DNA of 64,000 nucleotides from an uncultured Oscillospiraceae bacterium (GTDB lineage Bacteria > Bacillota > Clostridia > Oscillospirales > Ruminococcaceae). Both the position numbers and the translations under genes were made by a program. The notes beneath the pieces are model-generated. The model made no database searches. It was not told where the DNA came from and worked only from the letters and a program-made list of their open reading frames with translations. Positions 33,251 through 42,683 of the stretch are shown here, piece after piece; positions within the stretch are counted from its first letter, which is position 1, and each line of letters opens with the position of its first letter. The stretch lies in the NCBI GenBank assembly GCA_964370295.1, contig CAYJIR010000003.1, positions 17,224 through 81,223 on the forward strand, in the 5' to 3' direction.

Positions 33251-33308
33251 TGCTCTTTGCCTGTCTAAAAATTTGTGCAATTTTTTAGCTAACCGACACA
33301 AAATTTAC

Positions 33309-33337
33309 TTGTTTTATGGTGTAATTTCTGTTATAAT
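33309..33337 (+). promoter_or_regulatory. putative sigma-A promoter of the minD-like gene
   Basis: TTGTTT (33309-33314), 17-nt spacer, TATAAT (33332-33337). Confidence 0.45.
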
Positions 33338-33438
33338 AGCTGTGGATTGATTTTTACATATCCTTTTGGCTTATTTATCGTTCATTTCGTTCGTCTTTTC
33401 GGTGTATACTCATTTTAAAACCGGAGGTAACTACCTGC

Positions 33439-34173
33439 ATGAGCGCGGCTATACTCACCTTTGTCTCCGGCAAAGGCGGCACCGGCAACAGCACCGTTTG
33501 TGTGTTTTGCGGGCAAGCCTTGGCTGCACTGGGAAAACGAGTTTTATATATCGAGCTTAAATTCGCATTGCGCACGGCCGATTTTATTGCCGGCATGGCA
33601 AAACACGTGGTTTATGATATCTCGGACGTGATGCAAAACCGTTGCCCTCTAGAAAAAGCTGTTCTTGAACACCCTCGGCAACCAGGGTTTTATTTGCTAT
33701 TTTCCCCTTTTGAGGACAATCTGTTCGGCAAACGAGAGCTTACCCAGTTGCTTTCCAATTGCCATAATGACTATGATTATATCCTTATAGATGCACCGGC
33801 CGGCTTGGAGGAAGGTTTTGCTCTTGCCACAGAGGCTGCACACCAAGCAATTTTTGTACTAACACCCGATCCGGTCAGCTTACGCATTGGTCAACTTTTG
33901 GCAAACCAACCCGAACTAGAACAAAAACCACAACGCATGATCCTAAATCGTGTCTTACCTCAAAGAGCCTTGGCACCGGGTGTTCTTCTGGATTTAGACG
34001 AAGCCATCGACCTTGCCGGTGTACAGCTGCTCGGGGTGATACCGGATTCCTCTGCTATACAAGTGGCCACCACAGGTGGTGCTGTTTTGCAAAACCATCA
34101 ATTGGAAGCGCGTATCTTTGAAGCAATTGCACATCGTATTTTAGGAAAACACATGCCATTATTATATACATAG
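33439..34173 (+). CDS. MinD/ParA-family protein with degenerate Walker A motif
   Basis: 244 aa, collinear with MinD (VYDISDVMQNRC, YILIDAPAGLEEGF, LLGVIPDS). The P-loop reads SGKGGTGNST rather than SGKGGVGKTT. Confidence 0.75.
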   Translation: MSAAILTFVSGKGGTGNSTVCVFCGQALAALGKRVLYIELKFALRTADFIAGMAKHVVYDISDVMQNRCPLEKAVLEHPRQPGFYLLFSPFEDNLFGKRELTQLLSNCHNDYDYILIDAPAGLEEGFALATEAAHQAIFVLTPDPVSLRIGQLLANQPELEQKPQRMILNRVLPQRALAPGVLLDLDEAIDLAGVQLLGVIPDSSAIQVATTGGAVLQNHQLEARIFEAIAHRILGKHMPLLYT

Positions 34174-34208
34174 CCCATTTTCACAGGCTGAATGATAGGA
34201 GAACCCCC

Positions 34209-34613
34209 ATGAATATTGCATTGACTGCACATGATTCCAAAAAAGAGTTGATTGTTCAATTTTGCACAGCCTATATTCATACGCTTAGTAAGCACACCCT
34301 TGTGGCCACAGGTACAACCGGAAAATTGGTTGCAGAGGCCACAGGTTTAGATGTACACCGTTTTCTTTCCGGCGTGCATGGCGGTGCACAGCAAATTGCT
34401 GCACGCATTGCCTGTGATGAAATCGACCTCTTGCTATTTTTCCGGGACCCTATCAACCAAAAGACCGGGAATCCCAGCGAAATGGAACTGTTGCATCTAT
34501 GCGATATGTACAGCATCCCACTCGCCACCAATATCGCCACGGCAGAGGTGCTTATCCACGGCCTTGCACGCGGAGATTTAGACTGGCGTGATATTGTAAA
34601 TCCTAAAGATTAG
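34209..34613 (+). CDS. mgsA: methylglyoxal synthase
   Basis: 134 aa. ALTAHDSKK, LVATGTTG, GGAQQI and LLFFRDP are the MgsA signatures. Confidence 0.95.
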   Translation: MNIALTAHDSKKELIVQFCTAYIHTLSKHTLVATGTTGKLVAEATGLDVHRFLSGVHGGAQQIAARIACDEIDLLLFFRDPINQKTGNPSEMELLHLCDMYSIPLATNIATAEVLIHGLARGDLDWRDIVNPKD

Positions 34614-34714
34614 TATTTCACACAAGCACACTTGTATTTGATTTTGCTTTATAGAGTGGCTTTTATTTGTGTTCGAGAACATCATTTTAGGTCGTTTTGA
34701 CAAGGCGACATTCG

Positions 34715-34737
34715 TCGTTTTGGCAAAACGATTTTTT
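34715..34737 (+). terminator. rho-independent terminator after mgsA
   Basis: TCGTTTT-GGC-AAAACGA hairpin followed by TTTTTT. Confidence 0.6.
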
Positions 34738-34835
34738 CTTGAAACTACGAAACACCCATGCACCTTGTTAAGGTTAACTATTTGACGGTTTAGGCCATAC
34801 CGCCTGCATCGTTTTGCGCAGAGGAGGTTACCTTT

Positions 34836-35753
34836 TTGTTTAAACCGGCCCAAATCCATGGCGATTCTTTGCCTGTTCCACAGCTTGTTTTTTCTCGTCT
34901 TGGTTTTCCCGAAGCAGACGAACCACGCTTTAAGGTGGCTTTATACATGCTTGCAAACGGCGAATGCGGCATACGGCAAGTGGCCGATGCTCTGCATATT
35001 TCCACAGACCTTGCAGAAAAGGCCATGCTATACTGGGAAGGCGCCGGTCTTTTAGAACGCAGTGCCCCTGCCCCTGTACACAATGTTCCAACAAAGCCGC
35101 AAACAAGAGTGCGCATGAGCTTGGAACAGGCCAACTTAGCCACAGGAAGTGATAAAATATTAGGGGCCATGGTTCAAGAACTTCAATATATTTTCGGCGG
35201 CATTATGAACCAAAAAGAATATGCCGTGTATTGTACTTTATACTGCCAGGACGAGTTTCCGGCAGATATGATTTTAATGGCTGCCATGCACTGTGCTGCC
35301 GAACAAAAAAGTGGCGCCTTTCGCGTGGAGCGAACCTTGCTTTCGTGGAGAAAAGAAGGTCTTTCCACTTGTGCCGATGTAGACGCCTATTTGCTTTTAT
35401 TGAGTGAAAGAGAACGTCGCTATCAAGAAATGGCCGAGGTTCTTGGGCAGGCAAAACCGATATTTTCAGCAGCAGAACGCCGTATGATAGACAGCTGGCA
35501 CGAACAATTTGGTTATGATATGAGTATGATAGAAGCCGCACGCCTTGCAGCCGGCGATAAACAAAATGAACTGCGTTATCTCAACGGCATTATCAAAAAA
35601 TGGCAGGCCAAAGGCTATGCCACCGTGCAAGACATGCAACATGGCGAACAAGCCAGCAACCTATTAGTACAGGGGTCTGGCAAAAAACCAAAAAAGGAAG
35701 ACGACTTGTTACAAAACACTTATTTCAACCCAATTAAACGGAAAGGTGAGTAA
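34836..35753 (+). CDS. DnaD-domain replication/primosome protein
   Basis: 305 aa with a TTG start 8 nt after GAGGAGG. The C-terminal region (YLNGIIKKWQAKGYATVQDM) is DnaD/DnaB_2-like, and a DnaI-like ATPase gene follows. Confidence 0.7.
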   Translation: MFKPAQIHGDSLPVPQLVFSRLGFPEADEPRFKVALYMLANGECGIRQVADALHISTDLAEKAMLYWEGAGLLERSAPAPVHNVPTKPQTRVRMSLEQANLATGSDKILGAMVQELQYIFGGIMNQKEYAVYCTLYCQDEFPADMILMAAMHCAAEQKSGAFRVERTLLSWRKEGLSTCADVDAYLLLLSERERRYQEMAEVLGQAKPIFSAAERRMIDSWHEQFGYDMSMIEAARLAAGDKQNELRYLNGIIKKWQAKGYATVQDMQHGEQASNLLVQGSGKKPKKEDDLLQNTYFNPIKRKGE

Positions 35754-36723
35754 AATGGGGCGGCAAGAACAATACACTCTCGCCATGAGAGAGGTGCTAA
35801 AACGTCGGCAGCGTGCCGAAACACAGGCCCTAACTCGCTATGAGGCCTTGTTTAAAGAGCACCCACATTTGGCCGAACTCAACCGCAAGCACAGTGCTAC
35901 CGGTGCGGAAGCGGCACGCTTATCTGCCGGCGGAAACACAGAGGAAAGTGCTAAAAAGTTGCTAGAAATGCGACAGGTGCAAAAAGAATACGAAGGCGCA
36001 TTGGCACTGCTGGGTCTTACTCCAAACGACCTGAAACCGCAATGGACCTGCAAAGTATGCTGTGATACAGGGCGTACACACGGACGTATTTGCGAATGCA
36101 TCCACAAAAATGTCCGCGATATGATGCGCGAGAACGTGAACGAATTCGGCCCTTTACAGCGGTGTCGCTTCGACAATTTTGATGTTAACCGTTATCCTCA
36201 ACACATGGATGGCCTGTCTGTTTCACCCAAAGAACTCATGCGGCACAACTTAGAAAACTGCCGAATTTACGCACAAGAATTCGATCTCTCCAGCGAAAGC
36301 CTCTATTTATATGGCGATGCCGGTCTTGGCAAAACACACCTTGCTTTAAGCATTGCTCATTTTGTCTTAGAACGCGGTCATGATGTTTTATATGTAAGTG
36401 CTCAAAAAGCCTTTGCACGCCTTGACAAAGAGCGTCGTTCTTGGACAGACACCGGTTATTTCAATAGCCTTTTAAAGGCAGATTTGCTAGTGCTGGACGA
36501 TTTGGGCACCGAGTATTTAGATGCTTATACCCGCAGTTTACTTTATGAACTTCTCAACACGCGGATGCACCGCCGCCCCACGGTATATACCACCAATATC
36601 GGCAGCCAGGCCCAGCTTCAACAACGTTATACCGAAAAAATTTCTTCCCGTCTTTTGGGCGAATGCCACTGCTTGCACTTCGTAGGGCAAGACCTCCGCT
36701 TACAAAACCGAAAAAAAGCGTAA
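35746..36723 (+). CDS. DnaI/DnaC-like helicase-loader AAA+ ATPase
   Basis: It has a Zn-finger-like CKVCCDTGRTHGRICEC, Walker A GDAGLGKTH and Walker B LLVLDDLG. It overlaps the upstream gene by 8 nt. Confidence 0.8.
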   Translation: MSKMGRQEQYTLAMREVLKRRQRAETQALTRYEALFKEHPHLAELNRKHSATGAEAARLSAGGNTEESAKKLLEMRQVQKEYEGALALLGLTPNDLKPQWTCKVCCDTGRTHGRICECIHKNVRDMMRENVNEFGPLQRCRFDNFDVNRYPQHMDGLSVSPKELMRHNLENCRIYAQEFDLSSESLYLYGDAGLGKTHLALSIAHFVLERGHDVLYVSAQKAFARLDKERRSWTDTGYFNSLLKADLLVLDDLGTEYLDAYTRSLLYELLNTRMHRRPTVYTTNIGSQAQLQQRYTEKISSRLLGECHCLHFVGQDLRLQNRKKA

Positions 36724-36755
36724 GGAGCAAAACTGCTCTTTACGCTTTTTCTTTT
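36720..36755 (+). terminator. rho-independent terminator after the dnaI-like gene
   Basis: GTAAGGAGC / GCTCTTTAC stem followed by GCTTTTTCTTTT. Confidence 0.55.
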
Positions 36756-36764
36756 CTTATGTAC

Positions 36765-37052
36765 TTATTCGCTTGCCAAAGTACGCTCTAGCAATATCGC
36801 TGCAAAATCCAGGGCATTGTATAAGCCATTTTTTACACTTTGCTTTTTAATGCGGTCTTTGGGGGCGAGGCTATCGTCTGTAGAAAGCAACATCACCATA
36901 ATTTTATCCGGCATTTCCTCATCACTTTCCATTCGCGTAGATAAAATTTGCATAAAGACTACGTAGGCCTCTTCCATGCTTCCATAATACATCTCATTTT
37001 TAGAACGTACCAAAGGCCTATTTTTATATATCATTTTGGCTTCAAATGCCAT
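36765..37052 (-). CDS. hypothetical 95-aa protein downstream of ireB
   Basis: ATG 37052 follows AAGGAG, and the track ORF is extended to 37142. I recognise no family. Confidence 0.5.
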   Translation of the reverse strand: MAFEAKMIYKNRPLVRSKNEMYYGSMEEAYVVFMQILSTRMESDEEMPDKIMVMLLSTDDSLAPKDRIKKQSVKNGLYNALDFAAILLERTLASE

Positions 37053-37081
37053 GCCGTGTTGCTCCTTTTCTCTGTGTGGGT

Positions 37082-37330
37082 TTAAGCACCTAAATAATTT
37101 TTCACCATCGCTTGCAAAATATCGTCTCTGTCTACTTTGCAAATTTTGGTGCGCGCCCCACCGTAGGTAGTAATATAAGTGGGATCCTCCGACAAAATAT
37201 AGCCTACAATTTGATTGATAGGATTATAACCCTTTTGCTTTAATGCGGCATAAACCTCAATCATAATTTGTCTGATTTCTTGCTCTTTATCGTCTCCAAC
37301 AGAAAAAATCGTTGTAGTTTTTTCGTTCAT
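37082..37330 (-). CDS. ireB: IreB family regulatory phosphoprotein (UPF0297)
   Basis: 82 aa. ALKQKGYNPINQIVGYILSEDPTYIT is the hallmark UPF0297/IreB sequence. Confidence 0.8.
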   Translation of the reverse strand: MNEKTTTIFSVGDDKEQEIRQIMIEVYAALKQKGYNPINQIVGYILSEDPTYITTYGGARTKICKVDRDDILQAMVKNYLGA

Positions 37331-37420
37331 CCCAGCACCTCCCCTACCATGTAATCATAACAATTATAGTATAAAAAAACAATAAATGCAAGCAAAAGCA
37401 CCTATCTTCTTCTAATTTTG

Positions 37421-39817
37421 CTAGCTTCTTAATACGACATCAATTTCATCTAATTTTTTTAAAATCTTTGCCACAGTTCCATCTGCTTCTTCATCGGTTA
37501 GTGTCCCTTCTGCACTGCGTAGCACCAGGCTATAGGCCAAGCTTTTTTTGTTTTCTCCCAGCTTTTCACCGCGGTACACATCGAACAGTGAAACTTGCTC
37601 TAAACGTTTTCCACCCGCTTTTCGAATAATTCTTTGCACCTCACCTGCCGGAACTGCTTCATCGCACACCAACGCAAGATCACGTGTGACAGCCGGAAAA
37701 CGCGGTAAGGGGCGGTATTGCGGCACACCGCCACGCGCCTGCCAAAGCGTGTCTAACCACACCTCAGCCGCCAACACCCGAGTCGGTACGCCGTAGGCTT
37801 CGCATACCAGCGGATGTAATTCGCCCACGCGCGCCAAAAGTCTTGGTCCGTTTTCCTGTGCAGGCAAATAAATGTCGGCACAGCGGCCCGGATGATATGA
37901 TTCTCCTGCATCATTACGTTGCACGCTTAATACAGATAGATCAATACCAAAAGCACAGAATAGAGCCTCCACAACACCTTTCACCGCACAATAGTCCCAA
38001 TGTTTCCCATAGGCTGCCAACACCAATTTTTGTTGTTCTTGCGGCAACTGTTCATCGCTTTCGTGCGGCAAATACTCCGTGGCAGTTTCAAACAATGCCG
38101 CACTTTCATTTCGTGCAGCCCAGTTGCGCCCAACCACGTCCATCATGCTGGGCAGGGCTGTTGTTCGCATCAATGAACTGTCTTCGCCTAAAGGATTTTG
38201 AATCTTCACGGCCCTGCGCAAATGGCTATCTTTCTCCAGGTGTATGCGGTCGAAATTTTTGGGGCTGTAAAAACTAAAGGTTTCACACTGCCAAAACCCA
38301 AAGCCACACAGCAAATTTCGCAAACGGCGCTCGAATTGCTGGCGCTCGCTAAAAACTGCCTTGGCTTGGCCATTAAGCACCGTCATAGGAATGTGGTTAT
38401 AACCCACAAAACGGGCAATTTCCTCTGCAATATCACAAGTTCTGCTTACATCCGCACGGAAAGTAGGAATACAAATTGTGTCACCTTGCACAACAAAATC
38501 CAGTGGCGTTAACATTTGCACCATTTCTTCGCGTCCCACCTCGATACCCAAAAGGCGATTGATTTCCTCTGGCACAAAAGGCAACTGACGCACAGAACGC
38601 GGTGCGGGATATATATCCAACACACCATTTACAATATCGCCTGCATCCAACAATTTCACCAATTCTAAGGCACGTGTCAACGCCGGCATCACTTGCTCCG
38701 GATCCAATCCTTTTTCAAATCGGCCAGAACTTTCCGTGCGTAGGCCCACACACTTTGCCGCGCTACGCACCGACGGGCCGTCGAAAGAAGCTGCTTCAAA
38801 CACCACACGGCAAGTGCTATCATAAATACCGGAAAATTCCCCGCCCATCACACCGGCCAAAGCCACAGGGCCCTTTTCATCGGCAATCACCAACATATCA
38901 TTTTCCAGTTTTCGCTCTACTCCATCCAGTGTAACAATGCACTCTTTGTCCTCTGCCGTGCGCACTGTAATGTGCCCCCCATTTACATAGGCGTAATCAA
39001 AGGCATGCATAGGCTGGCCGTACTCCAACATCACGTAGTTTGTGATATCCACTATATTGTTAATCGGACGAACACCACATAAGCGCAACCTTTCACGCAA
39101 CCAACGCGGACTTGGCTTAACACGCACATTATCTACCATGGCAGCACAGTAACGAAAACAACGTGTATCGTCTTGTATGTCCACACTCAATATTTCTTCT
39201 ATGTTGCCACCCACTGCGTGTGGCGGTGGCGTTGGTGGAGAAAAAGGCACCCCAAATGTAGCGGCCGCCTCACGTGCAAGGCCAAGCACAGAAAGGCAAT
39301 CCGGACGATTGGGTGTGATTTCAAACTCAAAACACACATCATCCATGCCAAGTGCTACTGCTGCCTCTTGCCCCGGTATTGCCTCCTCTTCTAAAACAAG
39401 AATGCCATCTTCAACGGCATTGGGAAAATCTCGCAGGTCCAAGCCAAGCTCGCCAAGGCTACACAGCATGCCTGCACTTTCCACACCACGCAATTTACCA
39501 CGACGAATTTCGCTGCCATTGGGTAGCTTGGCCCCATGAAGTGCTACAGGGCATAAATCTCCCTGTTTTAGGTTTTGTGCCCCGGTGACAATCTGCACAT
39601 TTTCAGCACCTGCATCTACTTGGCATACCCACAGGTGGTCCGATTCTTCATGGCGTTCTAGTTTTTCAATACGACCTATCACCACACGGCTCATCTTGTC
39701 TCGTTCGCTAAAATAGGTTTCCACCTTCGAACCGGACATCGTCATTTTATCTGAAAACTCTTGGGCATTGGCCACAAACGGCGCATAGCTTTGTGCCCAT
39801 CTAAGCGGCATTTTCAT
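37421..39817 (-). CDS. pheT: phenylalanine--tRNA ligase beta subunit
   Basis: 798 aa from ATG 39817 (MKMPLRWAQSY), while the track ORF is extended to 39901. The tRNA-binding, B3/4, B5 and FDX-ACB domain order is recognisable. Confidence 0.95.
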   Translation of the reverse strand: MKMPLRWAQSYAPFVANAQEFSDKMTMSGSKVETYFSERDKMSRVVIGRIEKLERHEESDHLWVCQVDAGAENVQIVTGAQNLKQGDLCPVALHGAKLPNGSEIRRGKLRGVESAGMLCSLGELGLDLRDFPNAVEDGILVLEEEAIPGQEAAVALGMDDVCFEFEITPNRPDCLSVLGLAREAAATFGVPFSPPTPPPHAVGGNIEEILSVDIQDDTRCFRYCAAMVDNVRVKPSPRWLRERLRLCGVRPINNIVDITNYVMLEYGQPMHAFDYAYVNGGHITVRTAEDKECIVTLDGVERKLENDMLVIADEKGPVALAGVMGGEFSGIYDSTCRVVFEAASFDGPSVRSAAKCVGLRTESSGRFEKGLDPEQVMPALTRALELVKLLDAGDIVNGVLDIYPAPRSVRQLPFVPEEINRLLGIEVGREEMVQMLTPLDFVVQGDTICIPTFRADVSRTCDIAEEIARFVGYNHIPMTVLNGQAKAVFSERQQFERRLRNLLCGFGFWQCETFSFYSPKNFDRIHLEKDSHLRRAVKIQNPLGEDSSLMRTTALPSMMDVVGRNWAARNESAALFETATEYLPHESDEQLPQEQQKLVLAAYGKHWDYCAVKGVVEALFCAFGIDLSVLSVQRNDAGESYHPGRCADIYLPAQENGPRLLARVGELHPLVCEAYGVPTRVLAAEVWLDTLWQARGGVPQYRPLPRFPAVTRDLALVCDEAVPAGEVQRIIRKAGGKRLEQVSLFDVYRGEKLGENKKSLAYSLVLRSAEGTLTDEEADGTVAKILKKLDEIDVVLRS

Positions 39818-39833
39818 AATGTATCCCCCTATA

Positions 39834-40859
39834 TCAGTGTGAAAATTGGCGTAAAAAACGCAAATCATTTTCATATAATAGACGCATATCATCGATGTCA
39901 TATCTCATCATCACAATACGCTCCAGCCCTACACCAAAAGCAAACCCTGAGTAGATTTCCGAATCTATGCCACAGTTTTCTAATACTTTCGGATGCACCA
40001 TACCACAACCCAAAATCTCAATCCAGCCCTCATGTTTACACAAAGAGCATCCCTTACCACCACATTTAAAACAGCTCATATCCATTTCGGCAGAAGGTTC
40101 TGTATAAGGGAAATGATGTGGACGAAAGCGAGTTTTGGTATTTGGCCCATATAACTGCTTAATAAACAAATCCAATGTTCCTTTTAAATCTGTAAAGGTG
40201 ATTCCTTTGTCCACGGCCAATCCTTCTATTTGATGAAAAATAGGCGAATGAGTGGCATCTGCAGCGTCGCTACGGTAAACACGTCCCGGGCAAATAATCC
40301 GGATGGGTGGCTCTTCTTTTAACATTGTGCGAATTTGCATAGGGCTTGTTTGTGTGCGCAGCAGAACATTTTCGCTGACATAAAAAGTGTCTTGTGTGTC
40401 TCGCGCAGGGTGGCTTTTAGGCATATTCAACATTTCAAAATTGTATAAATCCAATTCTACCTCGGGGCCTTGTACTGCGGAAAAACCCATACCCAAAAAA
40501 ATTTCTTCCAATTCGTCCAGCACGCGCGAAAAAGGATGTGCAAAACCACATTCTGGCACCACACCCGGCAAGGTCACATCCATTGTTTCATTTGCCAACT
40601 GCTGCTTTTGTTTTTCCTGTGCCAAAACAGCCGCACGTGTTACCACAGCAGTTTCCACCTCACCACGTATTTCATTAGCCAGAGCCCCCATCAGCGGGCG
40701 CTCGTCGGCAGCAAGTTTTCCCATTTGTTTCAACAAAACAGTAAGCTCGCCTTTTTTTCCAAGATATTGCACACGCAAACTATCTAGTATACCCTCATTT
40801 TCAGCCTTTTCTATTTTCTGTACAGCATGACTACGGATGTGCTCAAGCGCTTGTTTCAT
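39834..40859 (-). CDS. pheS: phenylalanine--tRNA ligase alpha subunit
   Basis: 341 aa from ATG 40859 after AGGAGG. It carries class II motifs (HPARDTQDTFY, FRPHHFPYTEPS, GFAFGVGLERI). Confidence 0.95.
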   Translation of the reverse strand: MKQALEHIRSHAVQKIEKAENEGILDSLRVQYLGKKGELTVLLKQMGKLAADERPLMGALANEIRGEVETAVVTRAAVLAQEKQKQQLANETMDVTLPGVVPECGFAHPFSRVLDELEEIFLGMGFSAVQGPEVELDLYNFEMLNMPKSHPARDTQDTFYVSENVLLRTQTSPMQIRTMLKEEPPIRIICPGRVYRSDAADATHSPIFHQIEGLAVDKGITFTDLKGTLDLFIKQLYGPNTKTRFRPHHFPYTEPSAEMDMSCFKCGGKGCSLCKHEGWIEILGCGMVHPKVLENCGIDSEIYSGFAFGVGLERIVMMRYDIDDMRLLYENDLRFLRQFSH

Positions 40860-40879
40860 CGCAATTTCCTCCTGTTGTA

Positions 40880-41177
40880 ACAATACATTAGCAAAACAAA
40901 AACCTTCACCCCAAAAATTGGGGCAAAGGTTTGCTTTGCGGTACCACCCAAATTCCCGCTCTATGGCAAGCACACAACTTCACACATAAAACGGCTCTCT
41001 TGCCCGATAAGGGGGGCCTCCCACCCAGCCTACAGCGGCACAAAACCGGTTGAGCCAAGGTCGCTCGGAAGAGAACTTCACCAAAGGCCCGCTAAGAACA
41101 CTCCCAGCCTAAGGTGTTCCTCTCTGCATAACTGGCCAACAGCTACTTTTCTTCGTCATTGCGTTTTTCTAAAGTTC
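40880..41177 (-). promoter_or_regulatory. T-box leader (Phe specifier) controlling pheST
   Basis: On the minus strand there is a stem I AGAGA/GA motif and a GAAGUUCUC loop containing the Phe codon UUC. The conserved T-box AAUUUGGGUGGUACCGC lies at plus 40938-40954. A terminator hairpin ACCUUUGCCCCA / UGGGGUGAAGGU followed by UUUUUGUUUU completes the leader. Confidence 0.85.
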
Positions 41178-41183
41178 GCATAT

Positions 41184-41212
41184 ATTATAGCATTTTGCTC
41201 TTTATTTGACAA
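41184..41212 (-). promoter_or_regulatory. putative sigma-A promoter of the pheST T-box leader
   Basis: On the minus strand: TTGTCA (41212-41207), 17-nt spacer, TATAAT (41189-41184). Confidence 0.55.
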
Positions 41213-41267
41213 GGGCTCTAATGACAAAACCGCTTGATAAGGGTTTTTCTTGCAACACACAGACAAA

Positions 41268-41852
41268 CTAGGAAAACTGTTTTTCCGGCGTAAGATGCAA
41301 AATCCGCACACGACACAAAACAAGGAAAGCCACCAATGCCAACGCGGTATCCGGCATACTCCAACTGGCGTTATACAAAAGCGAATACAGCCACACCGGT
41401 GTACCTTCGGGCGCATACGCCCCCCACAAAATAATTCCAGACAAAAAGCTGGAAGCCAAGCGAACCAATCCCGTTGCCAACACAGATACCACAACGCCCA
41501 CTTTAAAAGACGTAAATTTATGCGCTAGAGGACCTGCAAGGCCCATAAAAACATAGGGAAAAACATAATCTAACAACACACACAAGGCCATCCCCCACAA
41601 TGTGGGCACCAACATAATATCACCAAGGCCCTGCATCGCCTGCAAAAAGCTGTACCCCAAAGCTACAGCCATTCCCCATTTTCCACCATGACGGAAGCTA
41701 AAAAGCAACAACGGCAAAATAGAAAAAGGCGTTACCGTACCTCCCATGGGCATGGTGAACAGCTTTAGCATCGAAAGGACAAAGGCTAAGGCCACCATCA
41801 AAGCCGCCTCCACCAAAATAGCCGTCTTTGTCATATCTTTTGGTAATCTCAT
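41268..41852 (-). CDS. thiT: ECF-type thiamine transporter S component (ThiT/YuaJ-like)
   Basis: 194-aa six-helix membrane protein. ATG 41852 lies 8 nt after AAGGAG, and the gene sits directly behind a TPP riboswitch. Confidence 0.75.
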   Translation of the reverse strand: MRLPKDMTKTAILVEAALMVALAFVLSMLKLFTMPMGGTVTPFSILPLLLFSFRHGGKWGMAVALGYSFLQAMQGLGDIMLVPTLWGMALCVLLDYVFPYVFMGLAGPLAHKFTSFKVGVVVSVLATGLVRLASSFLSGIILWGAYAPEGTPVWLYSLLYNASWSMPDTALALVAFLVLCRVRILHLTPEKQFS

Positions 41853-41964
41853 ACAATTCACTCCTTTTGTTTTTAGTTCGAACTTGAAACTACTCTACCG
41901 ATTCGTTCAACACAAAAACAAAACCCACGGCATAAAAACCGCAGGCAAAATGAGCATGGCTTAC

Positions 41965-42058
41965 CAAAACTCCCTACGCCGGCATTACCCAGATCAGGTT
42001 TTAGGGTTCTCTTTTTAACAAAAGAATCTCAGCCCGTGAAAGCACCCCTGTTTTTATG
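41965..42058 (-). promoter_or_regulatory. TPP (THI-box) riboswitch
   Basis: The minus strand reads CAGGGGUGCUUUCACGGGCUGAGA...AACCCUAAAACCUGAUCUGGGUAAUGCCGGCGUAGGGA. This matches the THI element core (GGGGUGC, CUGAGA, ACCUGAUCUGGnUAAUGCCnGCGnAGGGA). Confidence 0.85.
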
Positions 42059-42067
42059 TTATTTAAA

Positions 42068-42096
42068 AGTATAGGCCTTTTTCTCAACTTTGTCAA
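42068..42096 (-). promoter_or_regulatory. putative sigma-A promoter of the TPP riboswitch/thiT transcript
   Basis: On the minus strand: TTGACA (42096-42091), 17-nt spacer, TATACT (42073-42068). Confidence 0.55.
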
Positions 42097-42128
42097 ACAA
42101 GAGCTCCGCACATTTCTACCTATTTTCC

Positions 42129-42156
42129 TTGCCGAAACGCCAAGATGTGGTATACT
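42129..42156 (+). promoter_or_regulatory. putative promoter of the hypothetical/PAP2/THUMP operon
   Basis: TTGCCG (42129-42134), 16-nt spacer, TGg-TATACT extended -10 (42151-42156). Confidence 0.45.
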
Positions 42157-42206
42157 AAAAAAGATAATGTTGTGCATGACGTGCAATTGCGTTTGCGAGG
42201 AGACAC

Positions 42207-42680
42207 ATGGAAAGACGAAAATTTCGACTAAAAAAAATCGCCATAGGTTTAGCTGCTTTGATTTTAGCAGCTACTCTTTCCTATGTGATACGTGACCTGC
42301 TTGCATCCCAAAACCCAGAAAGCGCCCTACCTGTGATAGAAATTGAATACAATGGGCTCCCCCTGCCACAACAACACTATCTGATGGATTCATATTCTTG
42401 GCGCTTTTTATTTTCCACCGTGGAGTGGACCGAACCCAACCGCGATGCAGTGAATACCCTAGAGCCAGCCCCTGTTGTACCCGGAACACCCCTTAACATC
42501 GACTTCTCCTTCCCATGCAATAGCATGGTGATAAGCCGCTCTTACGGAAGCCGAAATGAATTTGAGCCTGTAAGTGGTGATTTACAAACACCGTTTAGCG
42601 GTGGAACCTACACCTATCGCATCGAGGCTGAGTGGGGTGCACGTGGGTCGGTACTTTACTATATAAAGGTGCGCGTGTAG
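42207..42680 (+). CDS. hypothetical membrane-anchored protein
   Basis: 157 aa with an N-terminal basic stretch plus one TM helix (IAIGLAALILAATLSYVI), then a domain of about 120 aa with no recognisable motif. GAGGAG RBS. Confidence 0.55.
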   Translation: MERRKFRLKKIAIGLAALILAATLSYVIRDLLASQNPESALPVIEIEYNGLPLPQQHYLMDSYSWRFLFSTVEWTEPNRDAVNTLEPAPVVPGTPLNIDFSFPCNSMVISRSYGSRNEFEPVSGDLQTPFSGGTYTYRIEAEWGARGSVLYYIKVRV

Positions 42681-42683
42681 CTT

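Noticed and set aside
33439-34173. Calling this gene minD of a minCDE system
   Set aside because: No minC or minE is adjacent, and the ATPase motifs are degenerate. It is annotated only as a MinD/ParA-family paralogue.
34836-36723. DnaD-like plus DnaC/DnaI-like pair as a prophage or mobile-element remnant
   Set aside because: No integrase, recombinase, repressor, structural or att-like features flank the pair. Both neighbours (mgsA and ireB-pheST) are core genes. Chromosomal dnaD/dnaI-type primosome pairs are normal in Firmicutes.
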